Shown: positions 37,959 through 52,486 of the stretch, one piece after another
Layout of the letters: each line of letters opens with the position of its first letter
How positions within the stretch are numbered: position 1 is the first letter of the stretch
Origin: Sarea resinae
Lineage: Eukaryota
Direction of reading: 5' to 3'
NCBI GenBank assembly: GCA_026026165.1
Contig: JAPEUD010000028.1
Span: 1-64,000 of the forward strand
DNA length: 64,000 nucleotides
Made by a program: the position numbers and the translations under genes
Notes under the pieces: generated by a model
Told to the model about the DNA's origin: nothing
The model's database searches: none
What the model saw: the letters and a program-made list of their open reading frames with translations, nothing else

Positions 37959-39035
37959 ATGGGAAAAGCTGGAAGGTTTGCATGCATATTCTTGCCTATG
38001 CTATTGACACTGGCCTCCTTGATATGCATCATATTGGTTGGTCTGGGTGGCACCAACAAGTCCTCGAGTACTCTAGACGACCTCTACTTCTTCAAGGTCA
38101 GCAATAGATCTGATTGATCTTAATAGAACGAACACTTGCTAATGGCCCAATAGGCAAATACAGCAAATGTCTCCTCTGATATCTCCTCGATTGTATCCAG
38201 TGCGAGTGATGTCAGTAGCGATGCAAGCGCTATCGCCAGTGCAGTGTCCTCTCAGATCGATATGAAAGATTTCTACACTATCTACTACTGGAATTACTGC
38301 GACGGCACAATTTCCAAGGGAAAGACAACCTATGATTCTTGCTCATCTCGGAAGGCAGCCTTCTGGTTTGATCCGCTTGAGGTCTGGGGGGGCCTGAACA
38401 AGACTATTCCAGAGAGCTCGCTTCCTACCTCGCTGAAGGATGGGCTGAAGACATACAAAGCCGTTTCAAAATGGATGTTTGTAGCCTATATCATCGCGTT
38501 CGTTGCCACCGCCATCGAGCTCATAGTTGGATGTTTTGCTGTCTTCTCACGCTGGGGTAGTCTCGTTACGACCCTAGTCTCAGTTGTATGTTTACTCTCT
38601 TCGTTGCTCCGATTTGGACGCTAATTGATTGCAACTTAGGTGTCTGTCGTCTTCACTTTGGCCGCCTCACTCACTTCGACTATCATGTTTTCAGTGCTCA
38701 AAGGAATCTTCAACAAGAATCTCAAGAAATACGGCGTTGTGGGATCCATGGGCTCGGGCATGTATGTCACCACCTGGCTAGCGGTTGCGTTCTCCGTCGG
38801 TGCAACGATGTTCTGGCTCCTAAGCGTATGCTGCTGTTCGGGGCGCACAGAACGGACGGTCAAGCACCAACCTGCGCCATACACTCCATACACGTATGAG
38901 CGAATGCCGAGCCCTTTCGACAACCAGGACCCAAAACATCATCAGGACCCGAAGCATCACCAGAGCGGTGTTCCAATGACTCAGATGGAACACAGCAGTT
39001 CTCCTTATGAGCCATACAGACACGAGGGTGTATAG
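37959..39035 (+). CDS. SUR7/PalI-family tetraspan membrane protein; exons 37959-38096, 38154-38585, 38640-39035
   Basis: N-terminal TM helix; loop DFYTIYYWNYC...C...FWFDPLEVW; three further TM helices; CCC after TM4; canonical GT-AG introns. Confidence 0.87.
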
Positions 39036-39454
39036 ATGAATATAGTTATTACTCAGATGTGCATTTTAGCGACTACGGCGTTCTGGATACCTTATGCTGG
39101 TTTCCGACAGGATTTGACTGGAGGGATCATGTTGCATACAACCTGGGCTGCGATAGTGTTTTATGATGGCATATTCTAGCGCATAGATTGACGATGAATG
39201 AAATGGCAGATTCGTTCGAACTTTGGATTCCGACCTCCAATCGTGGTCGTAGAGTATTCAACTTCTTCACTCTTGTCTGAGCTCTCAGTGCTAGTATTTC
39301 GCTACTGTGGAAGTACTTTGTAGTGTAGATCAACACATGACGTATTTCTCTCGTAAACAATCTGAAAACGAGTGTAAGATTGGTAGCAAATGGATGATAT
39401 TACTCGAGTACACTTCATAGTCTTTGGCTATCATTGTTGTCATCAAAATTCAAC

Positions 39455-40721
39455 ATGTCTGTCCCAAGCTCATCCTCGTACTTGACCAATCTTTTCGGCC
39501 TGCGGGGGAAGACTGCATTGGTCACTGGTGGCACGCGGGGTATTGGTGCGGGGTTTACTATCGCTCTGTATGAACACCATCCTTCCATTATATTGCACAA
39601 GACCAGTACACGTCGCTTGAGCCTTCCAAATAACCGTTCGTGTCAAGTAGAGCCTCTGCCGGCGCGAATATAATACTCCTGCAACGCTCGCCGTCAAGCG
39701 GCCAAGACGTCAAAGACGCCGTCGAAGCCCTTGGTCGTACCTGCGATAGCTACGCTTGCGACTTGGTAGACCGGAAGCAAGTCACCGAGATTGTGGGGCA
39801 GATTTGTGGGAAGGATGGCAGAGAGGTGGACATTCTGGTCAACTGTGGGGGAATGACCCATCGATCGCCTGCGGAGGATTTCCCAGAGGAAAAGTGGGAT
39901 GAGGTACGTGGCATCTTTGCTGCTCTTTAGCGGAGATGAAGGGGTGATCAGCTTCGGGAAAACAACAACGAAGGAAGAGGTGGAGAGGCAGATATATTTC
40001 GAGGGAGTCTGGAGGTGTTACGGGGCATTATAGACTGACTGGCTCTCAATTAGATCATCCAAGTAAACTTAACGTCCTCCTTCCTCCTTGCCCGCACCCT
40101 AGCAAAGCACTGGTTAATGACCTCGCTCTCCTCTCAACCAAAACAACAAAAGAAGATCATCAACATCGCCTCTGTCCTGACCTTCACAGGCAGCGTCGAA
40201 ACCCCTGCCTACGTCGCCACTAAGGGCGCCATCGGGCAGCTGACGAAAGCGCTGTCGAACGAATGGACCGCGAAGGGTATTTGCGTCAATGCTATTGCGC
40301 CGGGATATATTGCTACAGACTTGACGGAGAGGATCAGGGAAATGCCAGAGTACGAGAAGGCGATTCTGGGGAGGGTGCCGGTATGCCTATCTTGTATTCC
40401 TGGATATTATATCAGGGAGCCCATCTATACGTTCACTTCAAACCTTCTCCTTATTGATCGCGAGAAACGATTGACTGATCAATTCCTCTTTCCAATCAGG
40501 CCAAGCGGTGGGGCATCCCCGAAGACCTAGCCGGCGCAATTATCTACCTCTCATCCAAAGCTAGGTTCGAAAAATCCCACCCCTGTGCCCCTATCAATGT
40601 TCAGAAACCGCATCTTACACGGGCAAAGAAGATTTAAAGCTGATATTATCTGCTCTTTCATATTAGTGACTTCGTGAGTGGCGAAGTACATGTCGTCGAC
40701 GGTGGGTTTTGTGGGCGATGA
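39455..40721 (+). CDS. Classical short-chain dehydrogenase/reductase, KduD (2-deoxy-D-gluconate 3-dehydrogenase)-like; exons 39455-39567, 39651-39903, 40054-40380, 40500-40564, 40667-40721
   Basis: TGGTRGIG Rossmann motif, DILVNCGG, KIINIAS, YVATK catalytic motif, VNAIAPGYIATD, C-terminal VDGG. Splicing keeps the frame. Confidence 0.9.
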
Positions 40722-41410
40722 GATGATAATGAGGATAGGAGACTGCTCGAATAACTGCAGCGGTGAGACTCGCTGGGCTGATTTTTGGAATATATTGCTT
40801 TACTGTAGATAATCGATATAGATCAATATTCTTAGGCCCCGTGGTATATACAGTAGAAGATAGAAGGTCTATAGATAGCTCCCGATAATTCGAGGGGTCG
40901 GGATTTTCCGAGAAGCAGAGACACAGACCGTGAAGAGTTGACTTCGATTACAGAACGACAGAAGTGAGTTCATATACGATAAATCAAATATGGCCAAGAT
41001 CCTATTGGTTACACCAGATCATACTCCTTACTATCAAATCATCTAGCATATTCATTTTAGGGATGGCCATTCATTTTTTGATGACGTAGCCTGGTAAACG
41101 AAAATTACAAATTCCTATGGTTTGAGTGGCTAGCACACGATATTCTCCCGTCTCTAATCTCCCAACAGAGGACAGTTCGCTGATGCAGGAAGGTGGGAAA
41201 TGAAGTCGCGCTATCGATTAGATCAGGACTATCCAAACTCCGCGTCCAGCTCCATCAAGAAACATAACCCTCCCTAGAATAAGACTAAGAAAATCCTCCT
41301 TTCTCATATCAAGGATTGCCCCCAAAGGAAATAATGGCCGTCAGCTTACAGTCATCAAAGTCATAACGATTCGTAAACCCGCCGCACGTCCTCTCCCACC
41401 CGTTACTTTG

Positions 41411-44400
41411 CTAATCGGCAAGCTCAAATTCGGCGTCTATCCGATCCCCTTCTCGGCTTTCCTGTCTCATGCCTTCCTCGATCCGAAGCGGTCGTCTCTC
41501 GATAGGCTGCGGTTGATATTGATGCCAGCAACTGTGTAATATTAGAAACATATATGCAAGCACAGACATAGTGTCCACATCAGTGGGAAGAAGCATACTT
41601 GGGGGCTTGCAGGACATATCGGTTCATCGCCTCCCGGAACCTGCTCTTATACTCCTTCGGGCTCGTGACCGTGGGCCGATTCTTGCCTCTGTCCTTGATC
41701 CAAGTCTCGAGCTTCTTGTCCCAGGTGTAGGTGCGGATACAGTCTGACAGATATCAGAATTAGCCTCAACATACAAGCTTGCGGTGATAATGATTCAAAC
41801 ACCAAGAGCAGAAGTACATACCGATGATGCCTACGACTAGTTCCTTGTTCACTTCATCGATAGCAATCATGAGACTGTAATCCATGACATTCTGTCTGGC
41901 AAGGAAGAGCGTGTCGTTCCACACACTTGCCCTAAGCAATTTCTTTGAATGCTCTCTTGTGAACAAGGGAGATTCGTAGATGAACTCGACCATGTTCTCG
42001 TCAAGGAGGACTTCGTTTTGTGCGCCGTTGGAGCGAGTGTATCTATTGCGCATAGAACCTTTGAGATCGAATATCTTTGATTATAATTAATAGATCGCTC
42101 CTTGGAGGATATCATAGTATTACGTACCCGTGTAGGGCTGCGATCGTAGAAAAGGTTCTCCATCAACAGCATATACCAATTGAATTCGATGCCAGTATTG
42201 GCGTTTTTGATGATGACTTGGTAGAAGCCTAGCATCTTTGCAATCACGGAAGGAAGCTAGGTTGACATTAAATAAAGAATCAGTTACACAGGACAGAGAT
42301 TTCTCACCTCGTGGAAAAGGGCTTCCGACATAATCTGGAAGTAAGCAGGAGCAAATTTGAGAAACGCTTGCGTCTCGATAGGTGACAATGATTTGAGAAC
42401 GAATCGGTCGTCGAGTGTCTTTAAGAAAACCGATTTGGTCTTTCCGCCTTTCGAGTCCCATTTAAGGCATCTCGAAAGCGAATCCACGATGCGCTCCGAC
42501 ACCCCACACTTCCTTCTCAGCGCATCAAATTGCTCGGCATAGAATACTTTGCAGAGCATCTTAGCCGAACCTTCTTGGAATTGGTATTTTAGATGCGTCC
42601 CCGTCGACCGTAGTAGGGAGCGCTCAATCTGGACGCGATCAGCATTGGAGGTTTCGTTCTCAACGTCGGCTTCGCCTTGGTCTTTGACTAGACCTCCATC
42701 GCTTTCGCGGATATCCCGCAATTTAGCCATATAATCTTCAGATCCCAACGCGAAGGCGATCAGCGAGCTTGGCTCGTCTTCTCGGACCACAATATCAGAA
42801 TCGGCAAACACATGGTCTGTCGCGATTAGAGGATAATCGAGTGCATCCCAACCACTCGCAGAACGCTCGGCCCAGAAGTTCGTGAGCATTTTCATCAAAG
42901 AGCTCCTCTCATGCTTTGGCAAGTCTATTTTCAGATCTGACGGCTCCGTTGGAGAAGGCGCACGCGACTCATCCGCAGAGCCTGATACTTGTAACTCTTC
43001 TAAAAGGGCGTGCTCAACATCACTCACTTCCCCTTCGGCCTCGATGTCTGAACTAGGCAGACTTTCCCTTGGCGGATTGTCTTCGTTTTCGGTAAGCTCA
43101 GTTACGCTCTCGCGCTCTTGAGACTCCTCTAAAGAGGCCTGTGAAGCGGTCGTAGGAGGCGTGTGGTCTGTAGAGTCACTCTTTACGTTCTCCCCCCTTA
43201 GATTCGGCTGTGATTCAGGGTCAGGCAGATCATCGTCTGATGGTCCTCTCTCTGCAACAGCTTCATGAACGTTACGATAGACTTCAACGATCGGCTTCGA
43301 GGATGCCATCGGAAAGGCGCGAGCTTGTTTGCTCCCCGCAGAGCGCATACGCTTCTCTCTTAATCTTTCCTTCTCGAATTCTCGGCTCAATTGCTCAAAG
43401 TGCTTGGCCAGCGTTGTGACTTTAGAGTCTTTTCTTCTGTTGGCCACTGATCGAGGGATAAAAGAATGAACTGCTGAGTGTTTTCCGGGTTTCAAAGCAG
43501 CCAAGCCCAGTCTTTCAGTGAGCTTTCTCTCCGTGCCCTTGCCGGTAGGTTCTGTAAGCGTTGCCATTGGTGGGCCCTCCAAATCAGAGCTGGACTTATC
43601 GGGCGTCACAGCCGAAGTAGATTCTGATGTATTTTCACTGGCGCTGTTGCTACTGTTACCTGGTTCACGGCGTGGATTAGTTGGATGGGAATTGCCACGA
43701 TATAACGGCGGTGATACAATCGTATCACCTCGCCGTCCACCGTGTGCAGGCCTAGGGATCCCTGAAAGTGAAGTATGACTTGACTCCGGCACAGCTCCCT
43801 GGCTAACTTTGCGCCACGTCTCAACATGCCGCATATCTGAACCTTCCAAAGCGCTAGGAGTTCGATCCGACGTATTTTCTGCCTCTTCTACTTTTCGAGT
43901 AGAGGCAGGACTCGCTGATTTCGATTCACTCCTGGTAGGTCTATGAGCGTCCACGGGTACCGCGGCAAAGTCTGACGGGACTGCTAAGTCCAACTGATGC
44001 ACCCCTTCTCTCGAAAGCTCATCAAGAGGAGCCTGAAAAGTCGATTGTCCAGAGGCGCCATTAGTGTGTTGTATACTGGTTTGTAGTGCACCCGGGTTAC
44101 CGGAATTGCCAGCCACACCTGCTTGCTCCTCTACTACGGACGTAAAAACGTCATGTGCCTTTTCTGGGGACATATGGGTTGGCTTGGCGCTCAATGTCAT
44201 GGAGTTGCCGGAAGACATCTTTTCATTCAAGTCGGTATCTGTGAGAGGCGTTTCTGTATCATCCTCAGTTGTGACAATTGAAGACACAGAATCATCACGG
44301 TCAAGAAATATTTTCTTGAGTTGAAGTGCAGCAAGTCTTCGGATATCGTTTTCTGAGGGAAAAAAGCTGCGCTCAAATTCCGCAAAGGTACTGTCCCATT

Positions 44401-47400
44401 CAGCAACCTTCTCTTGCATAGCCCGTATCGCTCGATTGAGAGGGATGATTTCGTAATACTTCGAGTCCATGTACTTGTCACGCAGCTTTCGTATAAGGAA
44501 GCTATGCTCCTCGTTTGCACGTCTCAAAAGCTTCTCTACTTCGAGTTTGCAAGCTTCGGACTTCTCGGGAACAACGCTCTCGACACTGATGCCTTTGATT
44601 CGATTTTTCACGGTCGCCATGAAACGGTTTAGCTTCTCCTCAATCCGCTCGAATTGCTCATTCTTTAGACGGAGATCATGATCAACTTTCCAAGTGACCC
44701 TTGCTCTGGGCACAATGATCTCGAATAGATTTATTGGATCGTAGTGAATTCGAATTGCGGCATCTTTGTACCCAAAATACCGAAGGTGATCTCGATGAAG
44801 ATCGTGAGGACAAACATCTGCCCTCGGATGAAGTTCGTTGCTCCAGAATGACAACTCGAGGTACTTTCCGAATGAGTACCTCCAAGTACTATCCGACATC
44901 GGTATGACCTGAGTCTCCTGATTGCAGATCCGGCAGCAGCTCCACATGAGAATTGTGTCTTGCATGCCTTGCAGCTTGCTGGGATGGTTCTGGACAAACA
45001 CACTGACTTGAGCTTCACCGTGGACGTACTGGCGATGATGATCGACCATCTTTCTATCACATCCATTGCTCATACAGACAGTATTGGCTCCCAGACAGAG
45101 GTCCTCAACGTATTGTCCAAGGGTGCAGTCGGCCTCTATTTCATCTTCAAGGTCATGCTCATTGTAGAAGTCCATGGCAAGCAAGTCAGGCCCGGAGCAA
45201 GGGACTGTTGTTGTCGTACAGACGAGGCTGTAGAGAACGACAATATTTTGATGCGCGTAAGGATCGAAGAGGTCGACACTTCCGGAGACGAATGCTTCCC
45301 ATTGACGCCTTTGCGTTCGAAAGCTATGCAGCGCTTTGTCGTACTCGGCATCATGGACAGCGTGCAAGACCTCGCGCACCTTCTTTGACGCACCGTGAAT
45401 GGTTTCATGAACCATTTCAGGCGTGATGAGGTCAAACTTTTGCGGTTCGTCCTTTTCTTCAACAGTCTGACTCTCCATGCTGTCTTCGTCTCTGAGCCGC
45501 TTCAGATAGAGGAGGCGCCGTTCCTGTTCTCGGGCCCGCATCAATAAGTACGGTTGCATAAATTTGACAAAAGGTGACGCCGACAAAATCTTTGTCTTGT
45601 GCTTCTCTACCATATCGGCGTAAGATGTTGGCATTGGTACGTCATCTGGCAATTGAAGGTCCTCCAAAACCCCGCGACTGGAATTTCCGCTGCTGAGGAG
45701 GGCACCATTTTCTGCTTCAGTCACGCTCGAGGCATCTTGAGCTCTATTTTCTGCTCCTTCCACCATTTCTGTCTTTTCGCATCGGTTTTCCTGGCCGTGC
45801 AATCTACCGCTCATCTCAACAGAACCGTCACCACAAACAGTAGAGCCAGTATGAGTAGTCTTGGTGTCCTTGCCAATATCCAAATCTGAGGACAACGTTC
45901 CACCGGTCGTGCATGAAGGGATCAGCACAAATTCATCCCTCATCAGGCAAGTCTCGAGCTTTAGATTATAGACGACATATATCATGAATTCTGTGATGCG
46001 CTTTATGGTTGCCAAAGTTTCCATTTCTGCTCCGCGGAGGACTATCGTGCAGCCAAGGTCTTTTGCGCACCCAGAAAGATACAGATATGTCTTCTTCCTG
46101 CCCCCATGGACGTAGGTCTTCACATCAAAGCTTGCACACTTCCCAAGCTGGGCAGGTTTGATGGCCAGTTTATCAATAGAAGAGATCACTCGGGCCTGAG
46201 TGCACCTCGAGATTGCTTCTATTACCGAAGGCTTAACGTTATATGCTGTAGCAATACCGGCCTCTTCTAAGAACTGAAGAGCCAAGCCGGAGACATTTCT
46301 TTGTACTAAGAGCAGCTGTGGCCTGAGCGCAGCAATCCTATTGACGATGTTCTCGAGGAACTCTCGTTCCTGCGCAATGACAGGCCCAAGGCTCATGAAG
46401 TGCTGCTGATGACGAGCGTACTCCAGCGCGAATGTGACAATGACAATCCTTGGGTGCGGAATACTTCGAGGCATACTCTTTAGAGCAAGATTTTTGGAAA
46501 AGACCACACCGGAAATGTATGATGTGTCGTCGGGCCTACCAGCGGGGATCTTTTTCAACTTGACGTAGTGCCGAATGTCCATATCATCTCCATGCTGAAC
46601 GTCGGGGTTGACGTCATCCGTGCTTTGTAGTAGGATAGGTAGCAACGCTTTCTCCCAACGATCAATGCCAGAGATACTGGAGTCTTGCAAAAGCTGGCGT
46701 AGCAGCTTCCTGACGTGCTGTAGGCTCGCATGATTGAGTTCCACCGCAGGAGCACCAGAGCCTTTCATAGAGGCGCTTCTGGTCATTCTAAATCCGCCAG
46801 GCCCGTTGGCAGTCTTTTCTTGACTTTCTGGTCCATTGGTGCTATCTAAGAAGCCCGTACCAACTCCGCGAAAGACCAGCGCCCCTTTGTAGGATCTAGT
46901 TACCGGCCTCGGATGCGTATTACTAGCTGAACTCATGTTGCGCTTCCGTGGAGTTCGGATCTGGTTTCCCACCTTTGAGCCATCGATGCTGACATCGTCA
47001 AAGCTGCCGAGGCTCTTGTCTCCGAGTTTAGATCTGCCCTTCCTTACAGCAGCTAAAAGACCCGTAATACCAGCCTTATCATTATCTGTGTGACTATTTG
47101 CCGAAGGCGTACCATTGATCGTACTCCAAATACTCATCTGTTCGTCCTCACTGGATTCTTCATCGGACATGAAAGCTGCTAATTCTGGATCTATAATGCT
47201 GTCGTTGTGGAATGCCGGTAATCGAGCAGTTTTTGGCGAGTCTTCCGTCATGTTGCGATGAAACGGGGCACGGTCATCGAACGAGTGTTTGAAGTTCCGA
47301 AAGTGTTGTTGACGCGAGTGATAACGCTTGTGTCCCGATGAGTGAGGCCTCATCCCCCCTGCGCTCTTGAGAGACCTAGAAGAGCCGGGCCGTGGTAAGC

Positions 47401-49357
47401 GCTGACGTCCGTCTATTTCTAGCACAGCAGAGCGGCGGCTAAAAGCATCGCCGGTTCTTCTGGTTGCGGGAATGGCCATAGTTGGAGCCGCAAACCGATT
47501 CCGACTCTGATCCTCCATGACTTGACTCACGGACGCCTGACTTGAGCCCTTAATGCCTGTAGTCCCAACCTTGACGGTATCTGTTGCGCTTTGTAGATGT
47601 TTGAGATCGGATATTGACATCGGCGGAGGCACTTCATCTTCTGAGAAATCCGAAGAATCATCGTCGTAACCGTTGATTATTGCTTCACAGGGTTTGCATA
47701 CTCTAAGATTGCCTGATTGATCGAATCTTTTCCCTGGGACAAGTGAGGTGCATTTTGCATCAAATATCTGTCCGCAGGCTCGACAATGGTGCTTCCGTCT
47801 GAAGGTGGAAAAGGCGTCCCCGCAGTAAAAGCAATCCTTGGCATTCTCATCTCTCATCCAATAGTCGCGACTCAAAACCTTGCTTTTTATATGAGACAAG
47901 ACGGCATTGACAGCCTCTGGGTTTGTATTCACGTTTTCAGAACCTGATACCCTTCTGCCTTGCCTGTCTCGATCTTGGTCGACACGGATATTTTGGGGCC
48001 GATCTGTCTGCTGGGTTCGTCCAATTGTTGTTTCGGTCATTTCAGAAGTGGAAGTTCTAGATAGTCGGTAACCTGGAAGATGAGACGGGCTAATGCGCTT
48101 GGATGATTCGGGTGGTATGGCATCATTGAGAACGTCTGTCGTGACACCGTGACGATTTGAATTATTGTTATTGACTGAATCTGTCATACTCTTCTCTAGG
48201 CTACCTTTAGAAACCAGATTTGGCCGGCCGCTAACACCGTTCACTTGACCGACATCGCCCGAAATGTCCTGCGTGCTTGTTGAATTCAGCTCTTTATTGG
48301 GCACAGCTGCCAAATTGGTGTCCGACTGCGATGCGAATAGGAGCTTTGAGACCGGAGGCATCAGTTCCGGTAGGGACATGCTCCTATTAGTATCATCTTC
48401 GCCTAAGTCTGCGATCGGGCCGTTAAAAGTACTGTAATTACAGTCACCCGGAGCCTTGGTGGATTCATTGAAACCACGTTTGAGATCAAGAGAGAGGGGC
48501 CCTTCGCCGGTCTTCGAGCCTGGAGGTATAGACCTAGGCTCTAAAGACGAGTTTGAGAGGGAGGCAATAGAAGCAGTCTCGGTGAATGCTTCGTCCATCG
48601 AGTCATTTCTCATGTCAGCATAACTGCTACTTGGACGTCTGTTGGCTCCGAGATCATCATCCGTGGACCGGATTGCACTGACTGTTGCAGTGCTTGGTGT
48701 TGGCTTTGCGAGGGAGGGCGGATGTTTGAGGCCACTGGGGATTCCTGATCCGTTGGATGTCTTGGAGACCTTCGAAGCCTTCGAAGCAAGAGTCGTACTC
48801 GATGAATTCTTTGTATGCGAGCCCCTGAGTCCAGTGGGCAGATTTTCGCCAGTCGAGCCGATCGGTGATTGAAGATGCGAACCAGGTTCAGATCGAAGCG
48901 TTGACAAGGAAGCGTTTATAGCATTGCTCGAAACGACAGCAGCTGGTTTTGCTTCAAAGACATCCAATCTCGAATCAGCCTGTGAGCCACTAAAATCTGC
49001 CCTCTCACTCGGCGAGCTTCGACCGCCCACTATGTCCCTTACGCCACCAACTGAAGCTCGGAAGCGGTCGTATAGGCCACTGATGCCGCCTTGTACCAAA
49101 TCACCAGCAAATCCTTTCCCTTCGCCACCAGACGAGGTCAAGGGTGGGGAAGCGAAGTCATTGAATGTTGTTAGAGTACCAGACTGAGCTGCAGCACTGT
49201 GGATTTGATCTAAAGCCTGAGATAGAGTTTCTTTATTCGTTTGCGGGACAGAAGAGAGCGAGGTTATTGAATCCCGCCTGGAGCGACGCCCGAGAGGTAG
49301 GAACAGTGTCGAAGGAGACGGGCTCGGGGCCTCGTGAGACTGCTGCTGGGAAGACAT
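41411..49357 (-). CDS. FAB1: 1-phosphatidylinositol-3-phosphate 5-kinase Fab1/PIKfyve; long first exon plus four short 3' exons
   Basis: FYVE domain ([11 protein letters not shown]...[10 protein letters not shown]); CCT/TCP-1-like domain; Cys/His-rich region; PIP-kinase motifs [40 protein letters not shown]. Last exon CWHQ...ELAD* ends at 41411. Confidence 0.96.
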
Positions 49358-50511
49358 GTTGAAGCTGCGACCGAGGCCACATCACGGACCTGAAGATGCT
49401 GGATTGATGTACCATATAACAGCAGATCGACCGGGTGTTACGTAGGTTTTTCTACCAGAAGACCCTCGACGTCCGTTACTCGTCCATCGGTGCAAAAGAT
49501 CCTGGTCTTGTTTTGTGCGAAGGAGAGGAGCCGCACATCACGTAGAATAGAACAGGCATGTAGCCGGGTGAGCCAGAATTGATTATAGATATTGTCCTTT
49601 TTCATACAGCATGGCGTGCGTGGCCTTCTGTGGACCTTGATGTTGTGATGGCGGTTGGTCGCCCAGCCAGGGCGTGTGCCTCAGATGCCATCTACGAGTA
49701 CTAGAGTACTCGTACTCCGGAGCACGTCCTACCTAGGTAGAGCCGTCACTCGCGTCGTCATTCGTCCAGATTCCACGCTCCCGCTACATCGTCAGGCTAC
49801 GGCATCAGTACCTATCAGTACGACCTGCATACCAGCATACTCCAGGTAAATGCTAAGTAGGTTGTACTTATACCCCGGAGTAGAGCCGAGCCAGAGGGGG
49901 TTCCGCCCGGAGTGTTCCGCGCCAAAGGGAAACTCATTCTATTGCCGAATCAGGTAAAGCGAAGCGCGTGAACGGCAGGCAGGCGCGTCTCACCGTGAAT
50001 GATAACAGCCCTCCAAGACTACTCCCAAGTATCTCGCACCCCAATGCGTAGAGATACTTGCGCGGTACCCCGCTTGCCGAGGGGTCTCCGGCCATTCACA
50101 CGGTTCTTGCATTGTACTTTAAGCATTATCGTGCCTTCTTACTTCACTTCCAATATGGTGCAAAACGTCAGCGTCTGCCTGTCAATAGGTGGCCGGATGG
50201 CTGACGACTATCAAAACAATTTCACGCTTCGCTGAACTATCCTCTCCAGCCCATCTACATGAGTACTTTACCTTTCGGCGCGCCACTTCACTCATCAACA
50301 ACATCCATCATCTCTTTTCTCGTCAACACACATCTCATCATCTCTTCTCTCAAACGACTTCTTCGTATCATCTGCTGCACACAGTTCGCATTTCTTTGTC
50401 CAATTCTTCGAATCTCAGCCAGCCTGCAGCCCATCATATCCATCAGTCGTCGCTTGCTTCTGATAACCTTTTTCCCCTCCGCCTCGTATCAGTCATAACA
50501 ACAATAACAAC

Positions 50512-52486
50512 ATGGACATTCTGCATCCTTGGATTGCTCAGCTAGCTGCGAACAATCTCAAAGAGGCATTAGATCACTGGCTCTATGCTGAAAAGCTCAG
50601 GAAAGATGTGAACGCCACGGAGCGCGCAAAGTGTTTCCATCGAGAAAGAGCTACATATAGATACGATGGGACGAGTTTCCGGCTCCCAATGATCACTGGT
50701 CAGACTGTACAGGTCTTCGGCGTAAGTGTCTCTTGAGATAGGAAACGGGATATCGTATATCCTGTTAGACTTCATGACTGACTCTACCGGCATACAGTAC
50801 TCATCTTTCAAGGAACCGGTGACCATGGAGTTGTCGGATTCCGTCTCGCGAATTCCAGCGCTCGTCACCGAGCGCGCTCTAAAGAAGTTTCAGCGATCGA
50901 CCTCATCAGAGGGTCGAGTGATCACTAGCCTGACCGGCGCAATGGTCCGCATAGTCGACTATGAGCTGGTGGCCAGCCCTGAATGTAGCACTCACAAAGT
51001 GCTCCATCTATACATAAAAGAGATGCAGCTACTTGGAAATGTCGAGTCCCCAGTGTTTGGTGATTTGAAATTCATTGCGAAAAGACCCGAAATCAAGAAG
51101 CTACTGCGGGATCTTACCCTCTCTTTGAGTGATCCTGAGGATTCGGAGGGCGAATTCTCGTCCGATACATCTTCTCAGAGCGACTCCGAGTACCTTCTAA
51201 ATTCAGCGCCCCGAGAAGGACAAAACGAGAATCAGGAGAACGAAGACATACTAAGTGATGATGATTACATGGTAAGATACCTGTCTTGCTCTTCTTGTCA
51301 CTCTCGCTGAAAAATGTTCGCACCATAGCAATCCAGCGCCTTTTCCGAATCGCCCATTATAAAGCGAGAAGAAACAGGGTCAGCCCTCGACGTACATGGT
51401 CAGAGTTCACCTCTCTTCCATCTCAATCGAAGCACGCTTCTTGAAGTGGAAAACTCTCCAAACCAATCTCATCCAGCTGTTCATGATACAAAAGTTCTCA
51501 TGGATGGCAGTACTGATGCGACTGGATGTACTAACGAACCTCGTGAGGGTCGAAGGACTCCCCCTGGACAAAGCCATCATCTGGACGAAAACACAGCCCT
51601 CATTGACCAGCAGATTCAAATTGAGATGGAGATGTCGTCACAAAGGTCATCAGACCAACACACCTCAGGAACGTTATACAACAAATTTACAACAACGTAT
51701 CCTGCGTACAAGGGCGATGAAGCTCATTTCAAATCTATGTGCTGCCGTATACACGAGCTCCTGAGGAGTCGCAAGATGCTCCATAAATCCCTTTGGGATG
51801 ACTTCGTGGGCCGTCACGCTTGCGAATATCGCGACCATCTCCTGGAAGTCAGTGCGGATGGAAGTGATCCTCTTCCGTACAACGATTTCTATTGCGAAAA
51901 GATTCATGAACCGATATACAATAAGCGCGTCATAACTTCTAAACGTCTCATCGAAGAGATGGAAGCGAATGGCCTCGCTGTTGCCGAAGCCACAATCACC
52001 ACGAAGAGGAGGGGTGATGAGCTCCACGCATCGCAGAGTAAGCGACGTCTTCCGGATTTACCCAGCAACATCCCAGGAGGGTACAGAGGCCAAATTGGCG
52101 ATCGTCGAAATAACGCAGAGTATGTGCACTCCGAGACTCCCAGTGCGCTGCAGTCTGAATATCGAACCTATGGTCGTCCAATTATGTCTGCAATAAAGAG
52201 CTCTTTCCCTCAAGTTATGCAATCGCAACCGAATCGTATATACTCATCTGTTGTAGATTGGCTCACCGAGGCATATTCCGCCGATTCATCAACCGAGTCG
52301 TCACCGTATCCCGACGATTCATTTAGATCAAGCTGTCGGAACTGCCCATGGAAAGGAGAAAACACGCGGTATAAAGAATTTGAGACTGCTTTTCGAAATC
52401 TCAAAAGCCTGAGACCTGCTCTTGGATCCTCTCAAGGCGGAACTCGGCGAATGAAAACGATGGAGTCCCTAGAATGGTCTTTCTAA
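50512..52486 (+). CDS. Putative EST3/TPP1-like telomere OB-fold protein; exons 50512-50721, 50798-51271, 51329-52486
   Basis: N-terminal LHPWI and ELSDSVSRIPALVTERALKKF...TGAMVRI..YEL...LYIKEMQLLG...FG pattern resembles the EST3/TPP1 OB fold, from memory. C-terminal block FTTTYPAYKGDEAHF...LHKSLWDDF...PLPYNDFY. Both introns are GT-AG and keep the frame. Confidence 0.65.

Noticed and set aside
27644..49415. Antisense and alternative-frame ORFs over RAD2, PPZ1 and FAB1
   Set aside because: Shadow ORFs expected opposite long coding sequences.
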